The notes beneath the pieces are model-generated. The model had not been told where the DNA came from. It worked only from the letters and a program-made list of their open reading frames with translations, and ran no database searches. This document shows, one piece after another, positions 54,201 to 64,000 of a stretch of DNA of 64,000 nt. Source of the DNA: Flavobacteriales bacterium. Its GTDB lineage: Bacteria; Bacteroidota; Bacteroidia; Flavobacteriales; UBA7312. Positions within the stretch are counted from its first letter, which is position 1; every line of letters begins with the position of its first letter. The position numbers and the translations under genes were made by a program. The stretch lies in contig CBDIDR010000001.1 in assembly GCA_965277895.1 (NCBI GenBank), positions 1,121,560 through 1,185,559 on the forward strand. Direction: 5' to 3'.

Positions 54201-55904
54201 TTATTTTGCCCAAACTTTTCTTAAAATGAGTTGTTTGTCACTAGCTTTATCCATCATTTTTAGGTTGTAAATGGGGTAGAAGTTACCGCTATCTAATTTG
54301 ACTTTAATTGTTTCAAAACGTTTTTTGATTTCTAGAGTTACAACCTCATCAGTATCTTTAATGATGTCATTAAGTTTTGAGTCGTTTGCAGCAGTTCCAT
54401 TAACAGACAAAATCTCATCGCCTACAGCAATGCCTTTACTTTCTGCTTCACAAGTATTCTGTATTTTCTTAATAATGTGTTTGCCGTTTTGAACAATTGA
54501 AATAAACCCAAATTTATGTGCACTTAATGACTGGTTGTTTGTTTTTACTAATTCAAAACCAACGTAAGAAAGAGCTTCAGTAAGTGTTTTCGTATACTCT
54601 TCTGTTCCGTAGATGTGATTGTTAAATACTTCACTAACTTTTAGACTTCCGTACTTGACGCATAATTGCTGGAAATCATCTTCAGTATATCCACTGTTTC
54701 GATAGTCTTCATACAATTCTGTCATTACATCATTAAGAGAATGTTTTCCTTCAGAATGCTTTATGATGAACAAGTCTATCATCAACATATTTAATGCTCC
54801 ATCAGCGTATATAGAGGTTTTTCTATTGGGAATTCCTAAACTGTAGCCATCGAGCCAAGTATCAAAAGCACTATTAGCTACTGAAAGGTTATGTCTACCG
54901 TCATTTTCATAATGGCGTTTTAAGTTTTCGTTTTGAGTTTTTATAAATTGTTCCCAATTGAACACATGGCCACGTTTTAGCATCAAATCACCCATGTATG
55001 TAGTAACCCCTTCAGCTACATAGCCTAATTTGGAGTAGTTTTCTTTGGTGTAATCGTAGGGTAACATTTCTTTTGGACGAATGGCTTTTATATTCCAAGT
55101 ATGGTAAAGCTCATGAGAACAAATTCCTAGAATATTATCGTATTTGGTTTTAAAAACATCCTCTTTGTCACCCATTAATATTACCGTTGAATTGGTGTGT
55201 TCAACACCATGATAACTAGGGTATGGTGTGATTTGAAATAAGAAGTGATAATCGTCCACTGGAAGACTTTTAAAGCATTCTACCTGTGCTTTTGTAAAGC
55301 CTATAAAATCGGCTTTAACTTTTTCAAAGTCAGGCTTACATTTCCCTTGTATCCAAAGGTGATAAGTAATGCCATCAACAATGTATTCGTCATGCAGTAG
55401 GCTGTTTGATGCAATAAATGGTGATTCGGCTAATTGATCAAAACTATTAGCGAACAAATAGCCATCATCGTTCATTTTCATTCCACAAGCAATTTTGTAG
55501 TCTGAAGGTATTTCCAATTCAAGCTGACAGGCTGAATTTTCTCTGCCTACTACATACATACAGCAGTTTACTGGATTAACGTAGAGTTGATTCTCATCCA
55601 AATAGGTAGAGCCTGCATCCAACTCATTAGCGTAGTAGTTATAGGTTATAGTTACACTACTAGCATTATGACATTCTACTTCCCAACAATCCTTTGTTGT
55701 TTTTTGAAAAGGCAATTCATTTCCGTTTTCATCAAAGGCATTCCACTTTTGAATATTTTTAGCAAAATCACCAAGTTCATATCTACCAGGTCTCCAAGCA
55801 GGAAGCTGAAAACATAGTTCTTTATCCCCATTAGTTTGGACGGTTAAATCTATGTCTATAAGGTGTTTATATGCTTTTTTGTACGAAAATAAGTAGTGTG
55901 TCAT
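54201..55904 (-). CDS. M61 family metallopeptidase with PDZ domain
   Basis: PAWRPGRY, GVEH, SHELYHTWN, EGVTTY, GDEILSVNG; TATCTTTG at 55924-55931 on -. Confidence 0.9.
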   Translation of the reverse strand: MTHYLFSYKKAYKHLIDIDLTVQTNGDKELCFQLPAWRPGRYELGDFAKNIQKWNAFDENGNELPFQKTTKDCWEVECHNASSVTITYNYYANELDAGSTYLDENQLYVNPVNCCMYVVGRENSACQLELEIPSDYKIACGMKMNDDGYLFANSFDQLAESPFIASNSLLHDEYIVDGITYHLWIQGKCKPDFEKVKADFIGFTKAQVECFKSLPVDDYHFLFQITPYPSYHGVEHTNSTVILMGDKEDVFKTKYDNILGICSHELYHTWNIKAIRPKEMLPYDYTKENYSKLGYVAEGVTTYMGDLMLKRGHVFNWEQFIKTQNENLKRHYENDGRHNLSVANSAFDTWLDGYSLGIPNRKTSIYADGALNMLMIDLFIIKHSEGKHSLNDVMTELYEDYRNSGYTEDDFQQLCVKYGSLKVSEVFNNHIYGTEEYTKTLTEALSYVGFELVKTNNQSLSAHKFGFISIVQNGKHIIKKIQNTCEAESKGIAVGDEILSVNGTAANDSKLNDIIKDTDEVVTLEIKKRFETIKVKLDSGNFYPIYNLKMMDKASDKQLILRKVWAK

Positions 55905-56046
55905 TTGGTCTGAATAATGGGCTCAAAGATACAGATTCTTAGTTGAAAACTCTGTTAATAAAGTTGACTGACTTTGTAGCTTATTAACTAGTGCTTTTTT
56001 ATTTTTACACTCCTATATTAATCAGACCAAATTTAAAGCTCAAAAA

Positions 56047-57900
56047 ATGGCAGAGAATCAGTATACAGAAGATAATATTCGCTCACTTGACTGGAAGGAG
56101 CATATTCGTCTTCGTCCAGGTATGTATATTGGTAAGTTAGGAGATGGTTCTTCAGCTGATGATGGTATTTATATTCTTATCAAAGAGGTAATAGATAACT
56201 CCATTGATGAATATGTAATGGGCAATGGGAAGACAGTTGAAGTTACAATCAGAGACAAAAAAGTATCTGTTAGAGATTATGGTCGTGGCATTCCACTTGG
56301 CAAAGTGGTTGATTGTGTATCTAAAATAAATACGGGTGCCAAGTACGATTCCAAAGCGTTTAAGAAATCTGTTGGACTTAATGGAGTAGGTACCAAGGCG
56401 GTTAATGCATTATCCAGTTATTTTAAAATTCAGAGTGTTAGGGATGAACAAACTAAACTTGCTGAGTTTGAGAGTGGGGCTGTAACCAACGATGCACCGA
56501 TTGAAAGCTCTTCTTTAAGAAAAGGAACTAAAGTAACCTTCATTCCTGACCATAGTATTTTTGGTAATTTCCGTTTTCTTAATGAGTATGTTGAGAAAAT
56601 GCTATGGAATTATTGCTACTTAAATCCAGGACTTACCATTTTGTACAATGGCGAAAAATTATACTCTGAAAATGGTCTAAGAGATTTATTGGAGCAAAAT
56701 ATAGATTCCAAAATTGTCTATCCTATTATTCATCTAAAGGGTGAAGACATTGAAATAGCTATGACCCATTCTCAAAAAGGCTATGGCGAACAGTATTACT
56801 CTTTTGTTAATGGTCAGCATACCACACAAGGTGGTACTCACCAATCCTCATTTAGAGAAGCAGTAGTGAAAACAGTGAGAGAGTTTTATGGCAAAAATTT
56901 TGATGCCGTAGATATTAGACAAAGTATCGTTGCTGCTGTTAGTGTTAAAGTGATTGAGCCTGTATTTGAATCTCAAACTAAAACAAAGTTAGGGTCAAAC
57001 GATATAGGTCCTGGAATGATGACTATTAGGACATTCATCAATGATTTTATTAAAACTCATTTAGATAATTACCTGCATAAGAATCTGGAAACTGCAGATT
57101 TATTATTGAAGAAAATTATCGAAGCCGAAAAGGAAAGAAAAGCTTTAGCAGGAGTAAGGAAATTGGCTAAAGAAAGAGCTAAAAAGGCCAATCTTCACAA
57201 TAGAAAATTAAGGGATTGTCGAGTTCATTATAACAATCACAAGAACGATAAACGATTCGATACAACTTTATTCATTACTGAGGGTGATTCAGCAAGTGGA
57301 TCCATTACAAAAGTAAGAGACGTTAACACTCAAGCTGTATTTAGCCTCAAAGGTAAACCTCTTAATTCATATGGGCTTACTAAAAAGATTGTATACGAAA
57401 ACGAAGAGTTTAATCTTTTACAAGCGGCTCTAAACATAGAAGACGGTTTAGAAGGTTTGCGTTACAAAAATGTAGTTATTGCTACAGATGCCGATGTTGA
57501 TGGTATGCACATCAGATTATTATTAATAACCTTCTTTTTACAGTTCTTCCCAGAGCTAATTAGAGAAGGGTATTTATATATATTGGAAACGCCTTTATTT
57601 AGGGTAAGAAACAAGAAAGAAACTATTTACTGTTACTCAGATGCCGAACGTCTTGAGGCTATGAATAAGTTGGGTAAAAAACCAGAAGTTACACGATTTA
57701 AAGGTCTTGGAGAAATTTCGCCAAATGAGTTCAAACATTTCATTGGGAAGGATATTAGACTAGAGCCTGTAATTATAGGAAAAAAGATGAGCGTTGAAGA
57801 ATTATTGTCATTCTACATGGGTAAAAATACTCCTGAAAGACAAGAGTTTATCATAGATAATTTACGATTTGAAAACGATAAAGAATTAGAAGATAATTAA
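56047..57900 (+). CDS. parE: DNA topoisomerase IV subunit B
   Basis: [46 protein letters not shown]. Confidence 0.92.
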   Translation: MAENQYTEDNIRSLDWKEHIRLRPGMYIGKLGDGSSADDGIYILIKEVIDNSIDEYVMGNGKTVEVTIRDKKVSVRDYGRGIPLGKVVDCVSKINTGAKYDSKAFKKSVGLNGVGTKAVNALSSYFKIQSVRDEQTKLAEFESGAVTNDAPIESSSLRKGTKVTFIPDHSIFGNFRFLNEYVEKMLWNYCYLNPGLTILYNGEKLYSENGLRDLLEQNIDSKIVYPIIHLKGEDIEIAMTHSQKGYGEQYYSFVNGQHTTQGGTHQSSFREAVVKTVREFYGKNFDAVDIRQSIVAAVSVKVIEPVFESQTKTKLGSNDIGPGMMTIRTFINDFIKTHLDNYLHKNLETADLLLKKIIEAEKERKALAGVRKLAKERAKKANLHNRKLRDCRVHYNNHKNDKRFDTTLFITEGDSASGSITKVRDVNTQAVFSLKGKPLNSYGLTKKIVYENEEFNLLQAALNIEDGLEGLRYKNVVIATDADVDGMHIRLLLITFFLQFFPELIREGYLYILETPLFRVRNKKETIYCYSDAERLEAMNKLGKKPEVTRFKGLGEISPNEFKHFIGKDIRLEPVIIGKKMSVEELLSFYMGKNTPERQEFIIDNLRFENDKELEDN

Positions 57901-57905
57901 AACAC

Positions 57906-60551
57906 ATGAGTGTAGAAGATACTTCATTAGAAAATAACGATTTACCAAAAGATATTTCCCACATCAATGGGATGTATAAAAATTGGTTTTTGGATTATGC
58001 CTCCTATGTTATTTTAGAGCGTTCAGTTCCACTTATTGAAGATGGTCTAAAACCCGTGCAAAGACGAATTTTACATTCGTTAAAGGATTTGGATGATGGA
58101 CGATTTCATAAGGTTGCTAATGTAGTAGGTCATACTATGAAATATCACCCTCATGGTGATGCATCTATATATGATGCTATGGTTCAAGTAGGGCAGAAAA
58201 ACCTACTGTTAGACCTTCAAGGTAACTGGGGTAATACTCTTACAGGTGATAGTGCGGCAGCAGCTCGTTATATTGAAGTAAAGCTATCAAAGTTTGCACT
58301 AGATGTCGTTTATAACTCAAAAATTACTGATTTCTCACCATCTTACGACGGTAGAGGAAAAGAGCCCCTAGCATTACCAGTAAAATTTCCCCTGCTTTTA
58401 GCCCAAGGTGTTGAAGGAATTGCTGTTGGATTATCCACAAAAATACTTCCTCATAATTTCATTGAGCTTATCGATGGTTCTATTAAAATATTAAAGGGAG
58501 TAAAACCAAAGATTTATCCAGATTTTCCTAATGGAGGAATGGCAGATTTTTCCAACTATAACGATGGAAAAAGAGGTGGAAAAGTCCGCGTTCGGGCGAA
58601 AATTTCTGTTTACGACAGCAAGACTCTTAAAATTAGTGAAATACCTCATGGTACTACAACTGTTTCTCTTATTAACTCTATACTAAAAGCTAATGACAAG
58701 GGTAAAATCAAGATTAAAAAGATTGATGATAATACCTCTGAAGGAGTTGAAATATTAGTTTATCTACCTGCAGGAATATCTCCTGATAAAACAATTGACG
58801 CCTTGTATTCTTTCACTGACTGTGAGGTAACCATATCACCTTTAGGTTGTGTTATTGAGAATAACAAGCCTCGATTCATGGGTGTTAGTGAAATGTTACA
58901 AGTATCTACTAATAACACTCTAGATTTACTCAGAAAAGAGCTTGAAGTTAATCTGAAAGAATTACAAGAGAAATGGCACTTTTCATCATTAGAAAAGATA
59001 TTCATTGAAAACCGTATTTACAGAGATATCGAAGAATGTGAAACTTGGGAGTCAGTAATTCAAACAATAGATGTTGGTCTTAAGCCATTCACAAAGAAAC
59101 TACTCAGAGAAGTAACTGAAGATGATATCGTTCGATTGACAGAAATTAAAATAAAACGTATTTCAAAATTTGATGCTTTTAAAGCTGATAAAGATATTCT
59201 TAATTTAGAAGAACATATTAGTGGAATTAAAGATAAACTTGCCAATCTTGTTGATTACGCTATTGAATTTTTCAAAAATATTAAGAAAAAGTATAGTGAA
59301 AATAGAGGTAGAAAAACTGAAATAAAGACTTTTGATAACATCATAGCGGCAAAAGTAGTTGCCAAAAATCAAAAACTTTATGTGAATAGAGAAGAAGGTT
59401 TCATAGGAACAAGTATGCGAAAAGACGAGTTTTTATGTGACTGTTCTGACATTGATGAAATCATTGTTTTCAGAAAAGACGGTAAGGTTGTAGTTACAAA
59501 AGTAGATAAGAAAACTTTTGTGGGTAAAAACATCATTCACGCTGCTGTATTCAAGAAGAAAGATGAGCGTACCACTTACAATTTGATTTATACCAATGGA
59601 GTGAATAAAAACTCCTACATGAAGCGTTTCCAAATCACTAGTTCTACTAGAGATAAAGAATACGATTTGACTAAAAACAGCAAAGGTGAAATCATTTACT
59701 TTACGGCAAACCCTAATGGTGAAGCCGAGAAAGTAACAGTCCATTTACGTGCTTTGCAGCGTCTCAAGAAACTGAAAATTGATATTGATTTTTCTGAATT
59801 AGCTATAAAGGGTAAGCTTTCAATGGGTAACCTTGTCTGCAAAACACCTATTAAAAAAATAGAGTTAAGAGAAGAAGGAGTTTCCACCTTGTCTGCTAGG
59901 AAAATATGGTTTGATGATGTTGTCAATAAATTAAATGTTGATAGTAGGGGTAAATTTCTAGGAGATTTTGAATCTAATGACAAGATCTTAGTTGTGCATA
60001 AATCTGGCATTATGCAATTATTGAATTTTGATTTAAGTAGGCATTTCAATGAAGATATCCTTCTTATTGAAAAATGGAAGCCACAACAGCCATTGACAGC
60101 AGTCTACTATGACGGACAAAAAGAGTGCTATTTTATAAAACGTTTCCTTGCTATTGATAGCGACAAAGCAATTACAATTATTAGTTCTTCCAAAGGATCA
60201 TATTTAGAAATCATATCCTCTCATCCATCCCCTGAAATTCACTTGTCCTATGTTAAAGAAAGAGGAAAGGACAGGAAAGAAGAAAGCATTAATGCAGTTG
60301 ACTTTATTGCAGTAAAAGGAGATAAGGCACAGGGTAATAAGTTAAGTTCAAAGAAAATTCAAAAAATTGAACTTATTGAGCCTGAAATAGAGGAAGATGA
60401 AACTGTTATTGCTGAAGAAGTTACTTCACATTCAGATGAACCTCAAGCAGATGCAAATGACGATGGTCTTAAAGCTGAAAAATCCAATGATGACTCAAAA
60501 ATTATAATAGATGAGGATAGCACAGATAACCAGTTTAAGCTAGAGCTTTAA
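57906..60551 (+). CDS. parC: DNA topoisomerase IV subunit A
   Basis: DGLKPVQRR, YHPHGD, QGNWG, AAARY, GIAVG; follows parE. Confidence 0.92.
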   Translation: MSVEDTSLENNDLPKDISHINGMYKNWFLDYASYVILERSVPLIEDGLKPVQRRILHSLKDLDDGRFHKVANVVGHTMKYHPHGDASIYDAMVQVGQKNLLLDLQGNWGNTLTGDSAAAARYIEVKLSKFALDVVYNSKITDFSPSYDGRGKEPLALPVKFPLLLAQGVEGIAVGLSTKILPHNFIELIDGSIKILKGVKPKIYPDFPNGGMADFSNYNDGKRGGKVRVRAKISVYDSKTLKISEIPHGTTTVSLINSILKANDKGKIKIKKIDDNTSEGVEILVYLPAGISPDKTIDALYSFTDCEVTISPLGCVIENNKPRFMGVSEMLQVSTNNTLDLLRKELEVNLKELQEKWHFSSLEKIFIENRIYRDIEECETWESVIQTIDVGLKPFTKKLLREVTEDDIVRLTEIKIKRISKFDAFKADKDILNLEEHISGIKDKLANLVDYAIEFFKNIKKKYSENRGRKTEIKTFDNIIAAKVVAKNQKLYVNREEGFIGTSMRKDEFLCDCSDIDEIIVFRKDGKVVVTKVDKKTFVGKNIIHAAVFKKKDERTTYNLIYTNGVNKNSYMKRFQITSSTRDKEYDLTKNSKGEIIYFTANPNGEAEKVTVHLRALQRLKKLKIDIDFSELAIKGKLSMGNLVCKTPIKKIELREEGVSTLSARKIWFDDVVNKLNVDSRGKFLGDFESNDKILVVHKSGIMQLLNFDLSRHFNEDILLIEKWKPQQPLTAVYYDGQKECYFIKRFLAIDSDKAITIISSSKGSYLEIISSHPSPEIHLSYVKERGKDRKEESINAVDFIAVKGDKAQGNKLSSKKIQKIELIEPEIEEDETVIAEEVTSHSDEPQADANDDGLKAEKSNDDSKIIIDEDSTDNQFKLEL

Positions 60552-60595
60552 TAATGCTCTTTTAATTGGTTATATTTGTACCAATATATTTTTTT

Positions 60596-62977
60596 ATGAA
60601 AAAACATATCCTACTCCTCACGTTATTTTTATTATCAATTCAACTGTATTCACAAAGTAGTGACAACCTAAATCTTTTGGGTTCGCTGAATTATCCTGGA
60701 ACACAATGTAGTGACATTTGGGGATATGTAGATTCATCTGGTAGAGAGTACGCCCTCGTAGGTTTACGAAATGGATTTTCAGTTGTTGACATATCTATTC
60801 CTACTAATCCAACGGAATCTTTTTTTATAGCTGGAGTACAATCCATTTGGAGAGATATAAAAGTATGGAACAATTATGCATTTGTTACTGCAGACCAAGG
60901 AAGTGGTGGTTTATTGATAGTTAACTTGAATGACTTATCAGGAAATACATACGTTAATACTACCATTGATAACAATGGGAGTTATATGTTTACACATGCT
61001 CACAACATTTACATAGATGAGACTGGCAAAGCATATATTTTTGGTGGAGATATTACGCCAGATCAAAATACATCAGGTGCACTGATACTTGATGTTACAA
61101 ACGTATCTATTACGGCAACTGATACTGTTTTGCCTTTAGTTCGTGGCCTTTTCGATAATTTCTATTTACACGATGGAATGGCAAGAGGCGATACCTTGTG
61201 GGGCTCTGCAGTTTACGAGGGTAAATTCTTTGCTATTGATGTTTCAGACCCTGCAAATCCAGTTATTTTCAATGATAGTTTAGCTTTTCATGAAACACCT
61301 AATCTTTTTACGCATAACTGCTGGATTTCCGATGATGGAAATACATTATATACTACAGATGAAAAAAGTGGTGCTTATATAGCATCATATGACGTTTCAG
61401 ACTTAGACAACATAGAAGAATTAGATAGGATACAGTCTTCTCCTGGTAGTGAAGTGATTCCTCATAATGCTCATGTATTGGGTGATTACCTAGTGACCTC
61501 ATATTACAGAGATGGAATAGTTGTTCATGATATAACTTATCCAAACCACATGGTTGAAGTCGCACATTATGATGCTTATTATGCAGGTGGTGATGGTTTT
61601 GATGGCTCTTGGGGAGCTTATCCTTATCTACCCTCAGGAGTAATATTATCTTCAGAAATTAACAGTGGCTCAAATGGTGAGGGTTTATTATTAGTTCTTG
61701 AGCCAGACTATATGCCGGCGTCTTTCTTACAAGGAACAATAACGGATTCATTAAGTGGCGCTCCGATTAATGATGCATTAGTAAGAATGTTGACGTTTGA
61801 TGTGTTATCGACATCCTCTAATATAGCAGGAGATTACTTTATTGGAATTGATGACCCAAATACCTACAATGTAGAATTTAGTAAATCGGGATATTTTACT
61901 GATACATTACAAATTACACTAACCAGTGGAGATTTAGTTACTCAAAATGTTAAACTACTTCCAAAAAATTCATTTTCTAAAACAGGTAAAGTAGTTAATA
62001 GTGGAGGACAAGGTATCCCAAACTCTCAAATTATGGTAATCAGTCCGTTTTACACAGATACCGTTTATACAAATAGTAATGGAGAGTTTATTCTTGACAC
62101 CTTATTTCAAGCGAACTATACTTTTTATGTTGGGCACTGGGGCTATAAAACTACTTGCAATGATATTGCTATTGTCAACGATAGTATTTCACTAACGCTT
62201 CCTTTAGATTCTGCATACTTTGACGATTTCACTTTTGATTTTGGCTGGGAAGCAAGTGGTAATGCAACTGACGGCTTTTGGGAAATAGGAAAACCTAATC
62301 CAACTATTGATGACAACCAGATATACAATTCATCTCAGGATATTGAAAGTGATTGTTATGTGAATGCCTATATAACCGGAAATGCAGTTGGAGGTGGTGC
62401 AGGAGCAGATGATGTTGACGATGGCTTTGTTTTATTAAAATCTCCTGTTTTTGATTTAACAAGCTATTATAATCCAGCTATAAAATTTTACCAATGGTTT
62501 GCCAACGGCGGTGGTTGGTCAGTAGCTAATGACTCTATGAATATATATTTGGACAATGGTCAAGAGCAAGTATTGGTTTCAAATACAGTAGGTCAATTAA
62601 ATAATTCATGGTTAGAAAAGAATATTAACGTTTCCCAATTTATTTCTGCGACTTCTGAAATGAGATTCTTAGTAAAAGTCACTGACTATAGTCCTGATAA
62701 TCATCTTTCTGAAGGAGGTATTGATGGTTTTGAAGTCTATGAAGACACAATAAACCCTCTTGGAATTTCTTCTTTTGATTTGGAAAATGAAATGATTTAT
62801 CCTAACCCTTCAAGTTCTATTATTAATATTCCAATCGAAGGTGTTAAAAAAATCTTTAACTCTTCAGGTCAATTGATGTTAACCTCATCAGAAAATGTAA
62901 TTAGAGTAAGTGAGTTTAACTCAGGTATTTACTTTGTTTTGATTGAAAATAAATATTTCAAATTCGTTAAGTTATAA
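60596..62977 (+). CDS. Choice-of-anchor B (LVIVD-repeat) T9SS protein with carboxypeptidase-regulatory-like domains
   Basis: Start moved to ATG 60596 (TATATTTG at 60571-60578); SDIWGY, WRDIK, HN, LHD, THNCW, TTDE, PHN, WGAYPYLPSG; IYPNPS...GIYFV. Confidence 0.85.
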   Translation: MKKHILLLTLFLLSIQLYSQSSDNLNLLGSLNYPGTQCSDIWGYVDSSGREYALVGLRNGFSVVDISIPTNPTESFFIAGVQSIWRDIKVWNNYAFVTADQGSGGLLIVNLNDLSGNTYVNTTIDNNGSYMFTHAHNIYIDETGKAYIFGGDITPDQNTSGALILDVTNVSITATDTVLPLVRGLFDNFYLHDGMARGDTLWGSAVYEGKFFAIDVSDPANPVIFNDSLAFHETPNLFTHNCWISDDGNTLYTTDEKSGAYIASYDVSDLDNIEELDRIQSSPGSEVIPHNAHVLGDYLVTSYYRDGIVVHDITYPNHMVEVAHYDAYYAGGDGFDGSWGAYPYLPSGVILSSEINSGSNGEGLLLVLEPDYMPASFLQGTITDSLSGAPINDALVRMLTFDVLSTSSNIAGDYFIGIDDPNTYNVEFSKSGYFTDTLQITLTSGDLVTQNVKLLPKNSFSKTGKVVNSGGQGIPNSQIMVISPFYTDTVYTNSNGEFILDTLFQANYTFYVGHWGYKTTCNDIAIVNDSISLTLPLDSAYFDDFTFDFGWEASGNATDGFWEIGKPNPTIDDNQIYNSSQDIESDCYVNAYITGNAVGGGAGADDVDDGFVLLKSPVFDLTSYYNPAIKFYQWFANGGGWSVANDSMNIYLDNGQEQVLVSNTVGQLNNSWLEKNINVSQFISATSEMRFLVKVTDYSPDNHLSEGGIDGFEVYEDTINPLGISSFDLENEMIYPNPSSSIINIPIEGVKKIFNSSGQLMLTSSENVIRVSEFNSGIYFVLIENKYFKFVKL

Positions 62978-62987
62978 TTACAGCCCT

Positions 62988-63809
62988 ATGGAATCTCATG
63001 TAATTACAAGTCAAAGAGGCAAAGAGATACTTTTAGATTTAAATTTAAACTCTGTCAAAAATTTACCTCTTGTAATTTTCTGTCATGGATTCAAAGGATT
63101 TAAAGACTGGGGACCATTTAATGAGGTTTCAAAGCAATTCGTTAATTCCGGCTTAAATTTTCTAAAATTTAATTTCTCATTTAATGGAGTAACAGTTAAT
63201 GACCCAAATAATTTCGTGGATTTAGAGGCCTTTGGAAATAACAATTTTACAATTGAGCTAGAGGATTTAGAAAGTGTGATTAGTTGGTCATTAAAACAAT
63301 TGGAAGATAAAGTTGACATTAATCAAATTTACTTGATGGGGCATAGTAGAGGAGGAGGTATTTCCATTCTAAAATCATCACAAAATAAACACATTAAAAA
63401 AGTAGTTTCATGGGCGAGTGTTTCAGATTTCGAACGAAGAATTATTAATGATAAACTTGATTTGTGGAAAGAAAGAGGGGTAGCATATGTATTTAATGGG
63501 AGAACAAATCAGCAAATGCCTTTGTATTATCAGTTTTATGAAGACTTTATTGAGAACAAGGAGAAACTTTCTATAAAGAAAGCTAGCAAGTCATTAGAGA
63601 TACCTATTTTAATAGTTCATGGGGTAAATGATGAGACAGTTAATTTTAAAGAAGCTGAAGAGCTAAAATCGTGGATTTCTCATTCTCATCTTTTAAAGAT
63701 TAAAGACTGTGATCATATTTTTAATGCGAAACATCCATTTGATGCTAAAATGATACCAAAAGAATTAAAAGTAGCAATACAAGAGAGTATATCTTTCTTT
63801 AAAAGCTAA
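62988..63809 (+). CDS. Alpha/beta hydrolase
   Basis: HGFKGFKDWG, GHSRGG nucleophile elbow, HG..D..V, DHIF; ATG 62988 avoids overlap with the upstream gene. Confidence 0.88.
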   Translation: MESHVITSQRGKEILLDLNLNSVKNLPLVIFCHGFKGFKDWGPFNEVSKQFVNSGLNFLKFNFSFNGVTVNDPNNFVDLEAFGNNNFTIELEDLESVISWSLKQLEDKVDINQIYLMGHSRGGGISILKSSQNKHIKKVVSWASVSDFERRIINDKLDLWKERGVAYVFNGRTNQQMPLYYQFYEDFIENKEKLSIKKASKSLEIPILIVHGVNDETVNFKEAEELKSWISHSHLLKIKDCDHIFNAKHPFDAKMIPKELKVAIQESISFFKS

Positions 63810-63833
63810 ATTACTATTGACAGTAACCTTAAT

Positions 63834-64000
63834 ATGAATGTTTTATTAGTAGATAATTACGATTCTTTTACATTTAATCTGTACCATCTTTTAGAGGCTA
63901 TGGTTGATAGAGTAACTGTGGTCAGAAACGATGAGTTAGATTTTAACACTGTTAAATCATTTGATAAAATAATATTATCACCAGGACCAGGACTTCCTTC
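63834..64000 (+). CDS. Anthranilate/aminodeoxychorismate synthase component II (TrpG/PabA), 3' end outside the window
   Basis: MNVLLVDNYDSFTFNL...VVRND...IILSPGPGLP. Confidence 0.9.
   Translation, partial: MNVLLVDNYDSFTFNLYHLLEAMVDRVTVVRNDELDFNTVKSFDKIILSPGPGLP

Noticed and set aside
58140-58185. ParC quinolone-resistance region reads HPHGDAS rather than GDSA
   Set aside because: Appears to be the normal Bacteroidota ParC sequence, not an acquired resistance mutation
1156-63319. Remaining 60-117-aa ORFs overlapping larger genes (e.g. 1156, 2277, 6297, 15065, 15120, 18711, 39648, 59433, 59696, 63083)
   Set aside because: They overlap well-supported genes on the opposite strand or in another frame and show no recognisable motifs

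Overview
AT-rich Bacteroidota chromosome segment, probably from a marine Flavobacteriales-like organism. The evidence is TAnnTTTG promoters, T9SS C-terminal domains, Gln at +1 after signal peptides and a DnaE carrying an N-terminal exonuclease. Housekeeping flanks are 1-11.1 kb (Gfo/Idh/MocA, pcm, hbd, rimM, rpsP, dnaE, trxA, DUF58) and 49.2-64 kb (SDR, murQ, fused 2-oxoacid dehydrogenase E1, UbiA/MqnP, M61 peptidase, parE/parC, choice-of-anchor B, hydrolase, partial glutamine amidotransferase). Between them, starting right after tRNA-Asp, is an accessory region of about 38 kb with nine predicted T9SS-secreted proteins, including 3236-aa and 2526-aa giants. These proteins are built mix-and-match from a small shared set of modules: 49-53-aa two-Cys 'GCDS' stalk repeats dense in the Bacteroidota O-glycosylation motif, GCTD linkers, a four-Cys mini-domain, LRR cassettes, an FN3-like triplet and DNase I-like domains. 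They carry two different C-terminal tails, a canonical type A CTD and a short variant of about 40 aa. I saw no integrase, transposase, reverse transcriptase, CRISPR array or rRNA. All family calls come from motif recognition by eye, not database searches.
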